Below, piece after piece: positions 23,368 to 32,197 of a DNA stretch of 64,000 nucleotides. Positions within the stretch are counted from its first letter, which is position 1. Every line of letters starts with the position of its first letter. This stretch comes from Myxococcota bacterium (GTDB taxonomy: Bacteria; Myxococcota_A; SURF-8), in assembly GCA_965140415.1 (NCBI GenBank), contig OZ223209.1, positions 512,001 to 576,000 on the forward strand, written 5' to 3'. The position numbers were made by a program, and so were the translations under genes. Under the pieces are notes generated by a model. It was not told the origin of the DNA. It saw nothing but the letters and a program-made list of their open reading frames with translations, and did no database searches.

Positions 23368-23598
23368 TTAGGGCTTATAGGAACGCAGCAGCAGCTTGAT
23401 GTCTTCATGAATAGTGCGCACGTCCTGGCGCAGCAATTGTAAATCCGTGCATACCTGCGCGCGCAATTCCGCCACGCGCTTATCGGTGTATTGTTCGGTA
23501 TTGGCATAAAGGGTAAAGGCGGCTCCAACCTGCGTCACGAACAGAAAAATGGCGATCCAGATCCAACCGCGCCACTCCGCAATGATTTTCACGTTCAT
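23368..23598 (-). CDS. small TM + coiled-coil protein, putative holin-like
   Basis: 76 aa, one TM (WIWIAIFLFVTQVGAAFTL) then an amphipathic coil; last gene of the cluster. Confidence 0.45.
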   Translation of the reverse strand: MNVKIIAEWRGWIWIAIFLFVTQVGAAFTLYANTEQYTDKRVAELRAQVCTDLQLLRQDVRTIHEDIKLLLRSYKP

Positions 23599-23612
23599 CG
23601 GTTTTTCTTCTT

Positions 23613-24340
23613 TCAACATCGGCTGGACAAGGCCAGGCAGGGACCGGTATTGTCGTCGTCTTGGATTTCAATGCTTGTACCGCTTGGAATCCAGGCGAGG
23701 ACTCCCCAGTACCAAGGACTAACAGGCGTGGTGGTTCTTGAATAGGGAACGTCTTCGTCCAAATTGACGGCCAACTCGACGGTGATGAAACTGCTACTGG
23801 TTACGGAATGGATGCACCGCGCCCGATGGTATTCAGTGCGGCGGATGTGTCGTACACAACTGGAGTGATTGTGGCAGTCTCCGTTCCCGCTGAACGCCTG
23901 ATCTGAACTCGTGTTCGTAATGAAAGAGCGTAGCGGTGTGGGATAAAAGGAACAATCGAACTGCAACGCCAGTTCCAGCCGCAATTTTCCAGCAGTCCGG
24001 TACCGTAATGAAAATCCGGCAGTATGCTGCAAACCGCCTGTTCGTGATCGTCTCCGGTAAGCACGATCGGCAGACTGAAATCGGATACGCTGCGGTAGAG
24101 TCCGCGCATCAGGTTTGTTGTTACCGGTATGGTAGCGCCGCTTCCATTTCCGGTGTGATCGAACAGGATCGGATTGGCGCGCACGCTGTTGCCCGGCGTT
24201 GGGGTATCGAGATAGCCTTCAACCAGCCAACCGGTGTTACTGGCCAACGCCATGATCTTGTCTGCACTGACGGCGCGCGTGTTTTGCAGCGCCTGTGTGG
24301 TCAAACTGCGGAAACTGGTGGATACTCGCATGGTGGACAT
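23613..24340 (-). CDS. tail fibre/appendage paralog 3, frameshifted at ~23807
   Basis: ORF 23801-24340 ends GASIP*; restoring one T gives GASISVTSSSFITVEL..., continuing to the stop at 23613 (242 aa). N-terminus resembles the two upstream genes. Confidence 0.6.
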
Positions 24341-24355
24341 GATATTTCCTTTTCG

Positions 24356-25336
24356 TCAGGGCGTTAGCAGGGCGTAGATATGCGGGCGGGGTTCGTGTTG
24401 AAATCCCTTGAACCAGAGACAGGCATCCGAGCGGTCGAACACTGGTTCATAGATCGAGAAGAAGGTGGTGTTTTCCTCGATTTCGATCTTGAAGTCATGG
24501 TCGCTGTTTTTAGCCAGGGAATTACAATCGTAACTCAGATAACGCCAGCGAGGTATCAAATCCTTTTTCGGGTAGAACTTCAACCAATCGCCGGTGTCGC
24601 CGTCGTGCGACAGGCACAAGCGCAGCATCCATTCGAAATCGGGGCTTTCACCCAGTTCGTGGTACTCTTCGCCATCCCCTGTCGACGTGGACAAGGTACA
24701 GGCTGCCGCAAAAAGCAGGTGCAGGCGATTCGCCCAGGCTGGCAAGTAAAGCGTGAACGTAGTGGAACCGATTTGCTGGTATGGATGCACGGCTGCACCG
24801 GATAAGGGCGTTTGGCTCAACGGTGAAAACAGTCGGACAAGCGTCGCCCCACGGCTTTCGTCGTATTCGACATGCTTGATAAAGTACCGCCCCGTATTGC
24901 CGGAATCTTCCAGCGTCAAATGCCTGCAACCGTCGAATAAGGCGGCTACATTGTTGCCGACCCAAAAACGCCACAGGTTGTTGGGCTGGCTGCCATCCAC
25001 AACGGGAAATGGGTATTGCGGTGTATACAGGTAATCCGAATCGGCACAGGAGAAAGCACGAGTTAGTGGAAGGTATTCGTCATTGGCATTGATCGCAGGA
25101 ACGGATGGCATTCCGATTTCGTAGAGAAGATACAAGGGGATTTGTGCTCCGCCCTGTTCGGCGTGATCGTGACCGGAGAGCGAGTTCGTCGATCCGGGAA
25201 GATTTTGATCGGTGGCGATCTTGTACAGGTAATTGATATTCTGACCGATATCCTCCAGGTCCGAGGCAACGATCGGGCGATCCACCTGAATTCGATCCGC
25301 ACTGATCGGTTGAAATTCCGTGTCTTGGAAACTCAC
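24356..25336 (-). CDS. tail fibre/appendage paralog 2
   Basis: N-terminal ...NINYLY...LSGHDHAEQGGAQI module; position after the hub gene. Confidence 0.55.
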   Translation of the reverse strand: MSFQDTEFQPISADRIQVDRPIVASDLEDIGQNINYLYKIATDQNLPGSTNSLSGHDHAEQGGAQIPLYLLYEIGMPSVPAINANDEYLPLTRAFSCADSDYLYTPQYPFPVVDGSQPNNLWRFWVGNNVAALFDGCRHLTLEDSGNTGRYFIKHVEYDESRGATLVRLFSPLSQTPLSGAAVHPYQQIGSTTFTLYLPAWANRLHLLFAAACTLSTSTGDGEEYHELGESPDFEWMLRLCLSHDGDTGDWLKFYPKKDLIPRWRYLSYDCNSLAKNSDHDFKIEIEENTTFFSIYEPVFDRSDACLWFKGFQHEPRPHIYALLTP

Positions 25337-25337
25337 G

Positions 25338-26042
25338 CTATTCTCCTTTCAACAAGCCGATTCCGTTGTACAGCGAACCGGAAAACGGTTTGAAGCGGGC
25401 GTCGTCTGAACAGATGTGCGCTGTGGCTTCGGAACTGCTCGATTTCAATTCCAACTTCAACTGCCGCCAGCCGGTAAATGACAGATCGTTAGGCAAGGAG
25501 AGTTTTAATTCCACCATGTTCCAGCCAATCATCCAGCAACTGGCTTCACAGGAAGCAAGGCTTTGCCCGCTATCCAATAAAGACAGCCGTGCCCAGGCCA
25601 GGCCATCGCCACTGACTTTCATCAACACGCGCAGAATCAGTTCTTTGTAGTCTCGGTCGAGCAGGATGCTTGGCGTTAAAAGACTGATCCGCGATCCCGC
25701 CGCTTCTACGCCTGCTGCACTTGGGCCGCCGGTGTTGAATATCTCCCAGTACACCGGTTGGTAAGACGTCTCGGTGGTCTGCTGTGGATAGATGTGACCG
25801 ATATCGAAACTTCCGTGACGTGCAACGTAGGCTCCGTCGCCATCGCGTCCGTGACAATGTCCGGAAACCGTCTGCGTGGAATTTCCGGCAATCGCTTCGT
25901 CGGTAAGGTATTCGCCTAGTGCCGCCTGGTTTCTCATCATCTCGAACAGAAGATCCGCCCCAAGCGGCTGATCCTGTGCGACCTCCTCATCGTACAAGGG
26001 GCGAATCTCGTTCATCGTGTGGTTTGGAATGCGGTTGCTCAT
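25338..26042 (-). CDS. tail fibre/appendage paralog 1
   Basis: N-terminal ...NQAALGEYLTD...VSGHCHGRDGDGAYV module. Confidence 0.55.
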   Translation of the reverse strand: MSNRIPNHTMNEIRPLYDEEVAQDQPLGADLLFEMMRNQAALGEYLTDEAIAGNSTQTVSGHCHGRDGDGAYVARHGSFDIGHIYPQQTTETSYQPVYWEIFNTGGPSAAGVEAAGSRISLLTPSILLDRDYKELILRVLMKVSGDGLAWARLSLLDSGQSLASCEASCWMIGWNMVELKLSLPNDLSFTGWRQLKLELKSSSSEATAHICSDDARFKPFSGSLYNGIGLLKGE

Positions 26043-26051
26043 GTGCGTTTC

Positions 26052-29000
26052 CTAAAATGAATATTGATAAGCTGCAGCATCGTTCTGACCCAGGTGGGTA
26101 TCGCTATCAGCCAGATACACGAACAACTGCAACATACCTGTGGAAGATTCATGCTCGTCGTACTCGCAGGGGAGCAGCAGATCCCCGCTTTGTGGCGAGA
26201 AACCGGGAAGTTCATTGAGCGTAAGCGTGGCGATTTGTGCCGATTCCCACAGGCTGTCATCAATGCCGTCGATGGCGACTGTCAGTGGATCGGATACCGT
26301 GTAGCTGCCTGTTTGCAGGCTGATAATCTGCTTGATGCAAAGCTTGTCTCCGGAACTGTAGACCTCGCTTGGCTTTACATCGTCGGGCCAGAAATCGTCG
26401 TAGATGATAGTAAGGTGTTTTTCCGCTTCATCCCAACTGTCGATAGTCGCTGCCGGTGCAATGCCGCCATAGTTCGCCAGGCCACGTTCCAGCAGTCCAA
26501 GGCGAGTTACGTTGTCGGCAAGATCCACCTCCAACTCTACGATGTCGTAAATCACGTTGGAGATGCCGCGTGCGCCGGAGCCGTCGGGTAACAAGGATGA
26601 GCTAAGCTGTACCCGGCCAAAGAGTCCTAGCTGCCATGCGCAGGATGAGAAAACCGCTGCTTGTGCGCTGGTTAAGAAGCGATTGTATTGTCGTATCCAG
26701 CGCCAGGCCAGATCGTAGGCGATTCCTTCTCCGTCGCCGTCGAACAATCCGTTACGGGTAGAGTGCAAACAGTGTGAATCGATGGAAAGGGTATGATCGT
26801 CATCGTTGAAGTAAATCGAATCGGAAGTGGAATCGTCATCGATAATCACCTTGGAGCCGAATTCCTCGCTGGTCGGATCGTAATCGAGTTGCAACTCTAC
26901 ACGGTTGATGCGCAGATCTTCCCGCCATTGAATTTGCGGTGCGTCTACGATTTCCGCATGCGTGATGTCCAGATCGGCGCTTTCGTGGGCCAGTTTCGGA
27001 TAAAAGCGCGAGGCAGCGATTTGTCCGGCGCGATTGGCAAACAGGTGAAAACCGAACGAACGGCAGATATCATCGATCACATCGCGATAGCTTTGTTCGG
27101 GTAACACCAAGGCCCGAAACGATTTTCCCCCGCTAACGGCATAGTCGATTGCCAGTCGTTGCAGACTTTCGGTGTCGATCAGCCCGTCGGGCAGCGTCAA
27201 CCCATACAGGGAGTTCGGGCGGCTGCTATCCAGCAAGTCATGCAAGAACTCGATCGGTTGCGCGTTGAAGATTCGCAACAAGCCGCTGGAGATGTAATAA
27301 AACCGGTCGGAGCTCCACAGCTCTTCTACCAAGCTGCCGCCACTGTGAGCGCAAGCGGTTGTCTGGTAAAGCCCTCGCACGCAATCGTCCAGATAGGGTA
27401 TCGGTGTCAGTGTCACCGTGGCCAGGCTGCTGTGGGAGGCGGCTTCGCTTCCCCATGCGCCTCGATAACAATTTAAAAGGCGGCTGCCATCGCCACTGCT
27501 TTCGTACAGAATCGTTTCCGAATCGATTTGAATGATTCCCCCGCGAGCGGGAAAGCCGCTGCTGTCCGAAAGATAAATCACATCCTCTTCGGCATCGATG
27601 GCCTGTGCCAGTATACTTGTAACGGGAGAATCCGAATCGGCCAGTTGCAGGCAATCGTAGTAGATGTATTCATCATCAACGCGCACCACATGTCCGATTG
27701 AAAGTAGGTGCTGGGTGGAACCCGGCAGTGTTTCCGGCTGGAGGTAGATGCGCCGATTATAAGGGCCGATTCCGGTGGCGATGGCCTGGTTGGCCGTAAT
27801 TTCCGCATAGACCGTATCCGGTTGTTCCGAATAATAATCCTGATTCTGATAGAGTTTGCCCTGTTCGGTCTCGAAACCGAGGCTCGGCCAAATCGAGTCC
27901 CGGCGCTGTTGATCGCTGCCATCCACCACGAGTTGAAAAAGAAAACCAACCATGACTCTAAGCTGAATATTGCCATCGGCGGTGATCGTGAATTCCGCTT
28001 GCAGTTCGGGAGCCTGTTCATAGAAAATGCGTTGCAGCACGGTGGCGATATTTCGCGGATGGCCGATCGAATCGATATCGGAAAGATATGCTCCCGGAGG
28101 CAGAGAAACACTCACGTGGCTCCAGGGCAGGCCGGGAAAGGCGCAGTGCCGGAAATAGATGGTGTCGTTACCGGCGCGGCCAGAACCGTCACGCTGACCA
28201 TGTAGCATCAGCACGGGAAAGATGCTGGAGCGTCCCATGTGACGACCGATGCGGCTGTTCAAACGCGAGAGCGGATCGCTTAAACTGATGGAAAAGGTGG
28301 CCAGGTTATCCGCAGAAGGCGACACCGAATCGATGAATCCGGCAAACAGCACCGGATCTTCCGCGCTGTAATCGGTGCCGAGCGCCTTTTTGACCTGCAT
28401 CAAACGGTTTCGCCAATAGGGATTGCATGGCCAGACCCTTGAGCCGGAAGGATGTGCTTTGGCCTCTGTTCCCAATACGCCGCGCTCGCAGTCGGTCAGA
28501 GTGTTGTCATTCAACCCGGTATAACGAATCGCTTCGTGTCCGACATACGCCACCCCGCTTAGGGCAAAACCTTCGCTGCTATTTAAGACGAGACTGGTTG
28601 CCGACTCAGTGATCTCTTCCGATAATAACTGTGCCAGTGTTTCAGCTCGCCTGGGAGCGAAAGCCGAAGTCAGTGCGCCATCCAGATCCGCGAGATTGAC
28701 CTGAAGGCCGCCGCAGGTGGAAATTCCTGCTTTCGGATCGATATGCTGCGAAAGCGAACTCGGCAGGTTTTGCTGGTCGAGATAATAGGCGGCAATCAGG
28801 TTGGTGCCATTCAGATCCAGTCCTTCAATCGTTAAATATAAAGGCTGCGTTGCGGCATCATGTCGGAAGTAGACGGTATTGTATTCCGAATCAACTTCGG
28901 AATGATCGGTAGAAAGGCTGTAAACTCCGGCCAGCCCGGCAAAGGAGAATTCCAGATAAGAAGTTGTACTGGTGTTTGCTTCGGCTCGAACGGCTAGCAG

Positions 29001-29165
29001 GCGCTCTCCTCTTGTCGGTGTTCCCCATGATCCTTCAGTATAACAGTTCAGGTTCCAACTGGTTGGATCGAGCAGTTCCGCGTCGATGATGGAAGGAGAT
29101 TGCAGGCGCACTCGAATGCGATCCGGGGCGGTGAAAAAACCGCTTCGTTGAAAACGGATGGTCAT
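26052..29165 (-). CDS. large tail tip/baseplate hub protein (1037 aa)
   Basis: Position after TMP and Dit-like genes; VLFAGFIDSV, SYRDVIDDICRSFGFHLFANRAGQI, INRVELQLDYD; RGxxGT/S.AxxH repeats. Confidence 0.7.
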   Translation of the reverse strand: MTIRFQRSGFFTAPDRIRVRLQSPSIIDAELLDPTSWNLNCYTEGSWGTPTRGERLLAVRAEANTSTTSYLEFSFAGLAGVYSLSTDHSEVDSEYNTVYFRHDAATQPLYLTIEGLDLNGTNLIAAYYLDQQNLPSSLSQHIDPKAGISTCGGLQVNLADLDGALTSAFAPRRAETLAQLLSEEITESATSLVLNSSEGFALSGVAYVGHEAIRYTGLNDNTLTDCERGVLGTEAKAHPSGSRVWPCNPYWRNRLMQVKKALGTDYSAEDPVLFAGFIDSVSPSADNLATFSISLSDPLSRLNSRIGRHMGRSSIFPVLMLHGQRDGSGRAGNDTIYFRHCAFPGLPWSHVSVSLPPGAYLSDIDSIGHPRNIATVLQRIFYEQAPELQAEFTITADGNIQLRVMVGFLFQLVVDGSDQQRRDSIWPSLGFETEQGKLYQNQDYYSEQPDTVYAEITANQAIATGIGPYNRRIYLQPETLPGSTQHLLSIGHVVRVDDEYIYYDCLQLADSDSPVTSILAQAIDAEEDVIYLSDSSGFPARGGIIQIDSETILYESSGDGSRLLNCYRGAWGSEAASHSSLATVTLTPIPYLDDCVRGLYQTTACAHSGGSLVEELWSSDRFYYISSGLLRIFNAQPIEFLHDLLDSSRPNSLYGLTLPDGLIDTESLQRLAIDYAVSGGKSFRALVLPEQSYRDVIDDICRSFGFHLFANRAGQIAASRFYPKLAHESADLDITHAEIVDAPQIQWREDLRINRVELQLDYDPTSEEFGSKVIIDDDSTSDSIYFNDDDHTLSIDSHCLHSTRNGLFDGDGEGIAYDLAWRWIRQYNRFLTSAQAAVFSSCAWQLGLFGRVQLSSSLLPDGSGARGISNVIYDIVELEVDLADNVTRLGLLERGLANYGGIAPAATIDSWDEAEKHLTIIYDDFWPDDVKPSEVYSSGDKLCIKQIISLQTGSYTVSDPLTVAIDGIDDSLWESAQIATLTLNELPGFSPQSGDLLLPCEYDEHESSTGMLQLFVYLADSDTHLGQNDAAAYQYSF

Positions 29166-29881
29166 TGGCAGTACTCCAATGGTAGTGAAACGTTGTAAAA
29201 AGCCGGATTAGGTAACGACCAGCAACGGCGCGGGCGAAACTCCGTACCGGATTGAACGTTCACATGTACTCGATCTAAAAACAAATAGGCATCGCTGCTT
29301 AACTCGGCGCCCCAATCGGTTTTCAGATAAAGAGGTTGCCGGTCCATAACATTGCCGAGCCAAAGAGACTGTAACCGCGCCAGTTGATCGGGCGATAACG
29401 CAGAAAGTTGCAGGTTTCGGGTTTGTCCCGCAGAGATTCTCTGGCTGTTGCTCACACCTGTCAAAGACATCGCCATGCTTGAACGAGAAGTCGTGAACGG
29501 ACTGTCATCCTGGCTTGGATCGTCGCACAACATGGTATTCGCCGGGTTATTCGGCGAACTCCACAGGGGTTGCGCAGGAGAATGCAAGCCTTGGGAAAAT
29601 CCAAGAACTTCGTGGCAGCCTGTAGCCGGAAAATTGAGCTGCACTGGTTGGGTGTGCCATAGCAACACCTGTGCGCCACAATGATCCGTGCGTTGTTGCA
29701 ATCGAACCTGCATTCCGAAATCGAAAAGTTTTTCGGAAAGATTGGCAAGCAGTTCCTGTAACGTCGGATAGCTTCCCGTGTTCAGCGAGACATCCAGCCA
29801 GATTAAGGAATCCGATGTCTTTACCTGCAAGGATCTGTTTTCAGAATCAATGTTAATCGGTGAAAAAATGGCCAGGGTCAT
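29162..29881 (-). CDS. minor tail protein (distal-tail-like), paralog B
   Basis: Synteny; similar to 29878-30582; ATGA overlaps on both sides. Confidence 0.5.
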   Translation of the reverse strand: MTLAIFSPINIDSENRSLQVKTSDSLIWLDVSLNTGSYPTLQELLANLSEKLFDFGMQVRLQQRTDHCGAQVLLWHTQPVQLNFPATGCHEVLGFSQGLHSPAQPLWSSPNNPANTMLCDDPSQDDSPFTTSRSSMAMSLTGVSNSQRISAGQTRNLQLSALSPDQLARLQSLWLGNVMDRQPLYLKTDWGAELSSDAYLFLDRVHVNVQSGTEFRPRRCWSLPNPAFYNVSLPLEYCQ

Positions 29882-30582
29882 GCGGATTCCTTTCGTAAGG
29901 ACAACTGCGCCCGAAAGTAGCCCGACTGCGGCGGTTGCCGTTTAAGCCAGTTTGTGGAATTTTGTATGAAATCCTGATCCAGCGTGCAGGAAAGAAAGTC
30001 TGGCGTGTCATTCGCATACAGGCGCAGGGGACGTCCGTCTGCGGCCAACGCCATCCACTCCTGAAAACGGTGCGCCTCTAAAGTTGTCAGGTAATCAAGT
30101 TTCAGTGACATCCGAGATTGCTGTCGAATCGGAAGCGAAACTATTTGTCCGCTATAGCCCTGGGCCTGGTGTGACTCAACGTGAATTTCTTCAGCCGAAA
30201 TCTCGCCGAAGAACTCCCGAAAAAACAAACCGGTTGGCGTGCGTTCCGAGGTATGAGTGGTTCCTTCGGAAAATTCGATAGCGGTATTGAATCCCAATAA
30301 ATCCAGCAGGGCGCTGTGCGTGGCTGGCTGGATATCGGTCACAAGGCGAAAATATTCGGTTGCACCGATGGTAACGATACCGTTTGTGTCGAGGTTTGCA
30401 TAGCCACCTGAAAATCGTGCGGATATCTTTTCCGAAAGCGCCGCGATGAGTTCATGCAGATCCGTATAGCTACAGGCTGGGATGGCGATTTCGTACAACG
30501 ATGCGCCCTTGGCGGTATAGAAGCGACAATTGCTGTATCCGGCTTGATCAACCAGGATCTGTTGACAATGCAGGCTCGGCAT
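29878..30582 (-). CDS. minor tail protein (distal-tail-like), paralog A
   Basis: Directly after the TMP; translationally coupled. Confidence 0.5.
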   Translation of the reverse strand: MPSLHCQQILVDQAGYSNCRFYTAKGASLYEIAIPACSYTDLHELIAALSEKISARFSGGYANLDTNGIVTIGATEYFRLVTDIQPATHSALLDLLGFNTAIEFSEGTTHTSERTPTGLFFREFFGEISAEEIHVESHQAQGYSGQIVSLPIRQQSRMSLKLDYLTTLEAHRFQEWMALAADGRPLRLYANDTPDFLSCTLDQDFIQNSTNWLKRQPPQSGYFRAQLSLRKESA

Positions 30583-31310
30583 CAGACTGCCTCCACGGCG
30601 CGGCGGGCGATCAACGGCGCGGTGCGCCCCGAATGACGATTGATCGCTCCTGCGGCAATGCGAGCCAAGCCGCGTTCGTCGTAAACACCACCGGAAAAGT
30701 GGTAGTAGTACACGATCTGTGGCGAGCTTTGAGATTCGCCGCTGTCCAGTGAGTTGGTATTTACAGCCTGAGATGAGGCGGCGGATGAACCGGAGGCCGA
30801 GTAGCTTAGACTACTGCCGGAGCCGCCGTCTCCCTGGCTTTTCAAGGTATCGGAGAAGGCTTTGATCACGCCACCGATCGCGATCAGTGCCAACCCGCCT
30901 GCAAACAGCGCCGCAGGGTTACCGCTGAATAGTGCTGAAAGTACGTTGCTGGCGGCAATCGCCGCAGTACCAAGCATGATGCTGAACTGGGAAAGAATCG
31001 AAAGGAAGTTGGCGAAAAAGCTTTTACCGGAAACTTCGCCACCCGTCAGCAATACGCCGACCATATAGCCGACCAGTTCGGTGGTGCGATTGACAAGCGT
31101 TTCCAATGCACGTGTCATGCTGCCGACTGCGCGCGCCTGGCTCGTGAATTGCAGCGTATGCATTTTTTGAACGTGACGGGTGGTCTCCGTGTACAGCTTT
31201 CGCACCTGCTTATGATAATTCTGTTCAACGACCAAACGCTGTTTGGCGCTAGGAGTGGCGGCTGTTGCAGACTCGCCCGCCTTGGATTGTTGGTTCGTAC
31301 TGCTGAGCAT
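30582..31310 (-). CDS. short tape-measure-like protein (242 aa)
   Basis: Follows the chaperone pair; Ala/Gly-rich hydrophobic helices, Ser/Gly linker, C-terminal ..IAAGAINR; GGAGGT RBS. Confidence 0.6.
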   Translation of the reverse strand: MLSSTNQQSKAGESATAATPSAKQRLVVEQNYHKQVRKLYTETTRHVQKMHTLQFTSQARAVGSMTRALETLVNRTTELVGYMVGVLLTGGEVSGKSFFANFLSILSQFSIMLGTAAIAASNVLSALFSGNPAALFAGGLALIAIGGVIKAFSDTLKSQGDGGSGSSLSYSASGSSAASSQAVNTNSLDSGESQSSPQIVYYYHFSGGVYDERGLARIAAGAINRHSGRTAPLIARRAVEAV

Positions 31311-31321
31311 GAAGATACCTC

Positions 31322-31717
31322 CTAAAAATTTCGGTCTGTCTTTGCGCTGGAATTTTCCGTCGCGCGTTCGTGTAGTAAACGTTGGCGGCGGCGCATCTGG
31401 GTATGCAGATAGCCGAGCAGTTCCATCGTTTCCACAAACAAATGGGGTTGTTCCAACCAGCCACCCCGTTGCGGAAGGATGCCGTGGCTGATTCGTTGCA
31501 GCCAGTTGAACGGATCACCCAGCACAAGAGGATGCTGCATCACGTAATATCGGGGGCAACTTGCTAGCGGGATAGGCGTTTGCTCGTCCACATCCAGAAA
31601 TTCGAAACGGGCCGTAGGCGGATCGGTGCAGCGCCTACCGAAAGGACAATTTTCGCAAGTCAGGCGATCCTGTTCGCGATCCACATCATCCAGTCGGTAG
31701 GCGACGATCAGTTTTTT
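31322..31717 (-). CDS. tail assembly chaperone frameshift extension (gpT-like)
   Basis: Open -1 frame from the slippery site; CENC..C...CP and GILPQRGGWLEQP motifs. Confidence 0.7.
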   Translation of the reverse strand, partial: KKLIVAYRLDDVDREQDRLTCENCPFGRRCTDPPTARFEFLDVDEQTPIPLASCPRYYVMQHPLVLGDPFNWLQRISHGILPQRGGWLEQPHLFVETMELLGYLHTQMRRRQRLLHERATENSSAKTDRNF

Positions 31718-32172
31718 CGGTCGCCCTCGCTAAGGCGCGAGCGCGCAAGGATGACAGAGCCGATTTCTACGATGATGTCCACCGGCAACCCGGATTGATC
31801 CAGCCAGCTGCTGCGAATCATCGCCGGATTTCCTTTTTGAATGTGCAGGCGCGGATTGAAGCCTTCGAAGTTTTCGATATCGGTTACACCGTATCGAAAC
31901 GCCAAGAGAGCGGCTTCGTGAACGGATACCTCCACATCGCCATTCTGTCCGCCGCGCATCATGCGATCCAGCAGGCGCACCACCTCGCCGTGTGTCAGCG
32001 AACGGCAGTGAAACGTTGTCGGGCGCTCGCCCTCCTGAAAGCAAAGGTGCTTCGGATCGTAAAGATAGTCGCTCTGGTAGCGTTCCAAGTCGCTGTGTTC
32101 CGTATCGATAGCCGGATCGGCCATGGAAACGAGCGTGTATTCATGCATAGTTTTCACGCTTGAAATCGTCAT
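31708..32172 (-). CDS. tail assembly chaperone (gpG-like)
   Basis: Between tail tube and TMP; ends CGA AAA AAC TGA. Confidence 0.72.
   Translation of the reverse strand: MTISSVKTMHEYTLVSMADPAIDTEHSDLERYQSDYLYDPKHLCFQEGERPTTFHCRSLTHGEVVRLLDRMMRGGQNGDVEVSVHEAALLAFRYGVTDIENFEGFNPRLHIQKGNPAMIRSSWLDQSGLPVDIIVEIGSVILARSRLSEGDRKN
31711..31717 (-). promoter_or_regulatory. programmed -1 ribosomal frameshift heptamer A AAA AAC
   Basis: X XXY YYZ pattern in frame immediately before the stop; the -1 frame reads KKLIVAYRLDDVDREQDRLTC. Confidence 0.8.
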
Positions 32173-32197
32173 CGTAGAATCCTTATGTTATGGGAAG

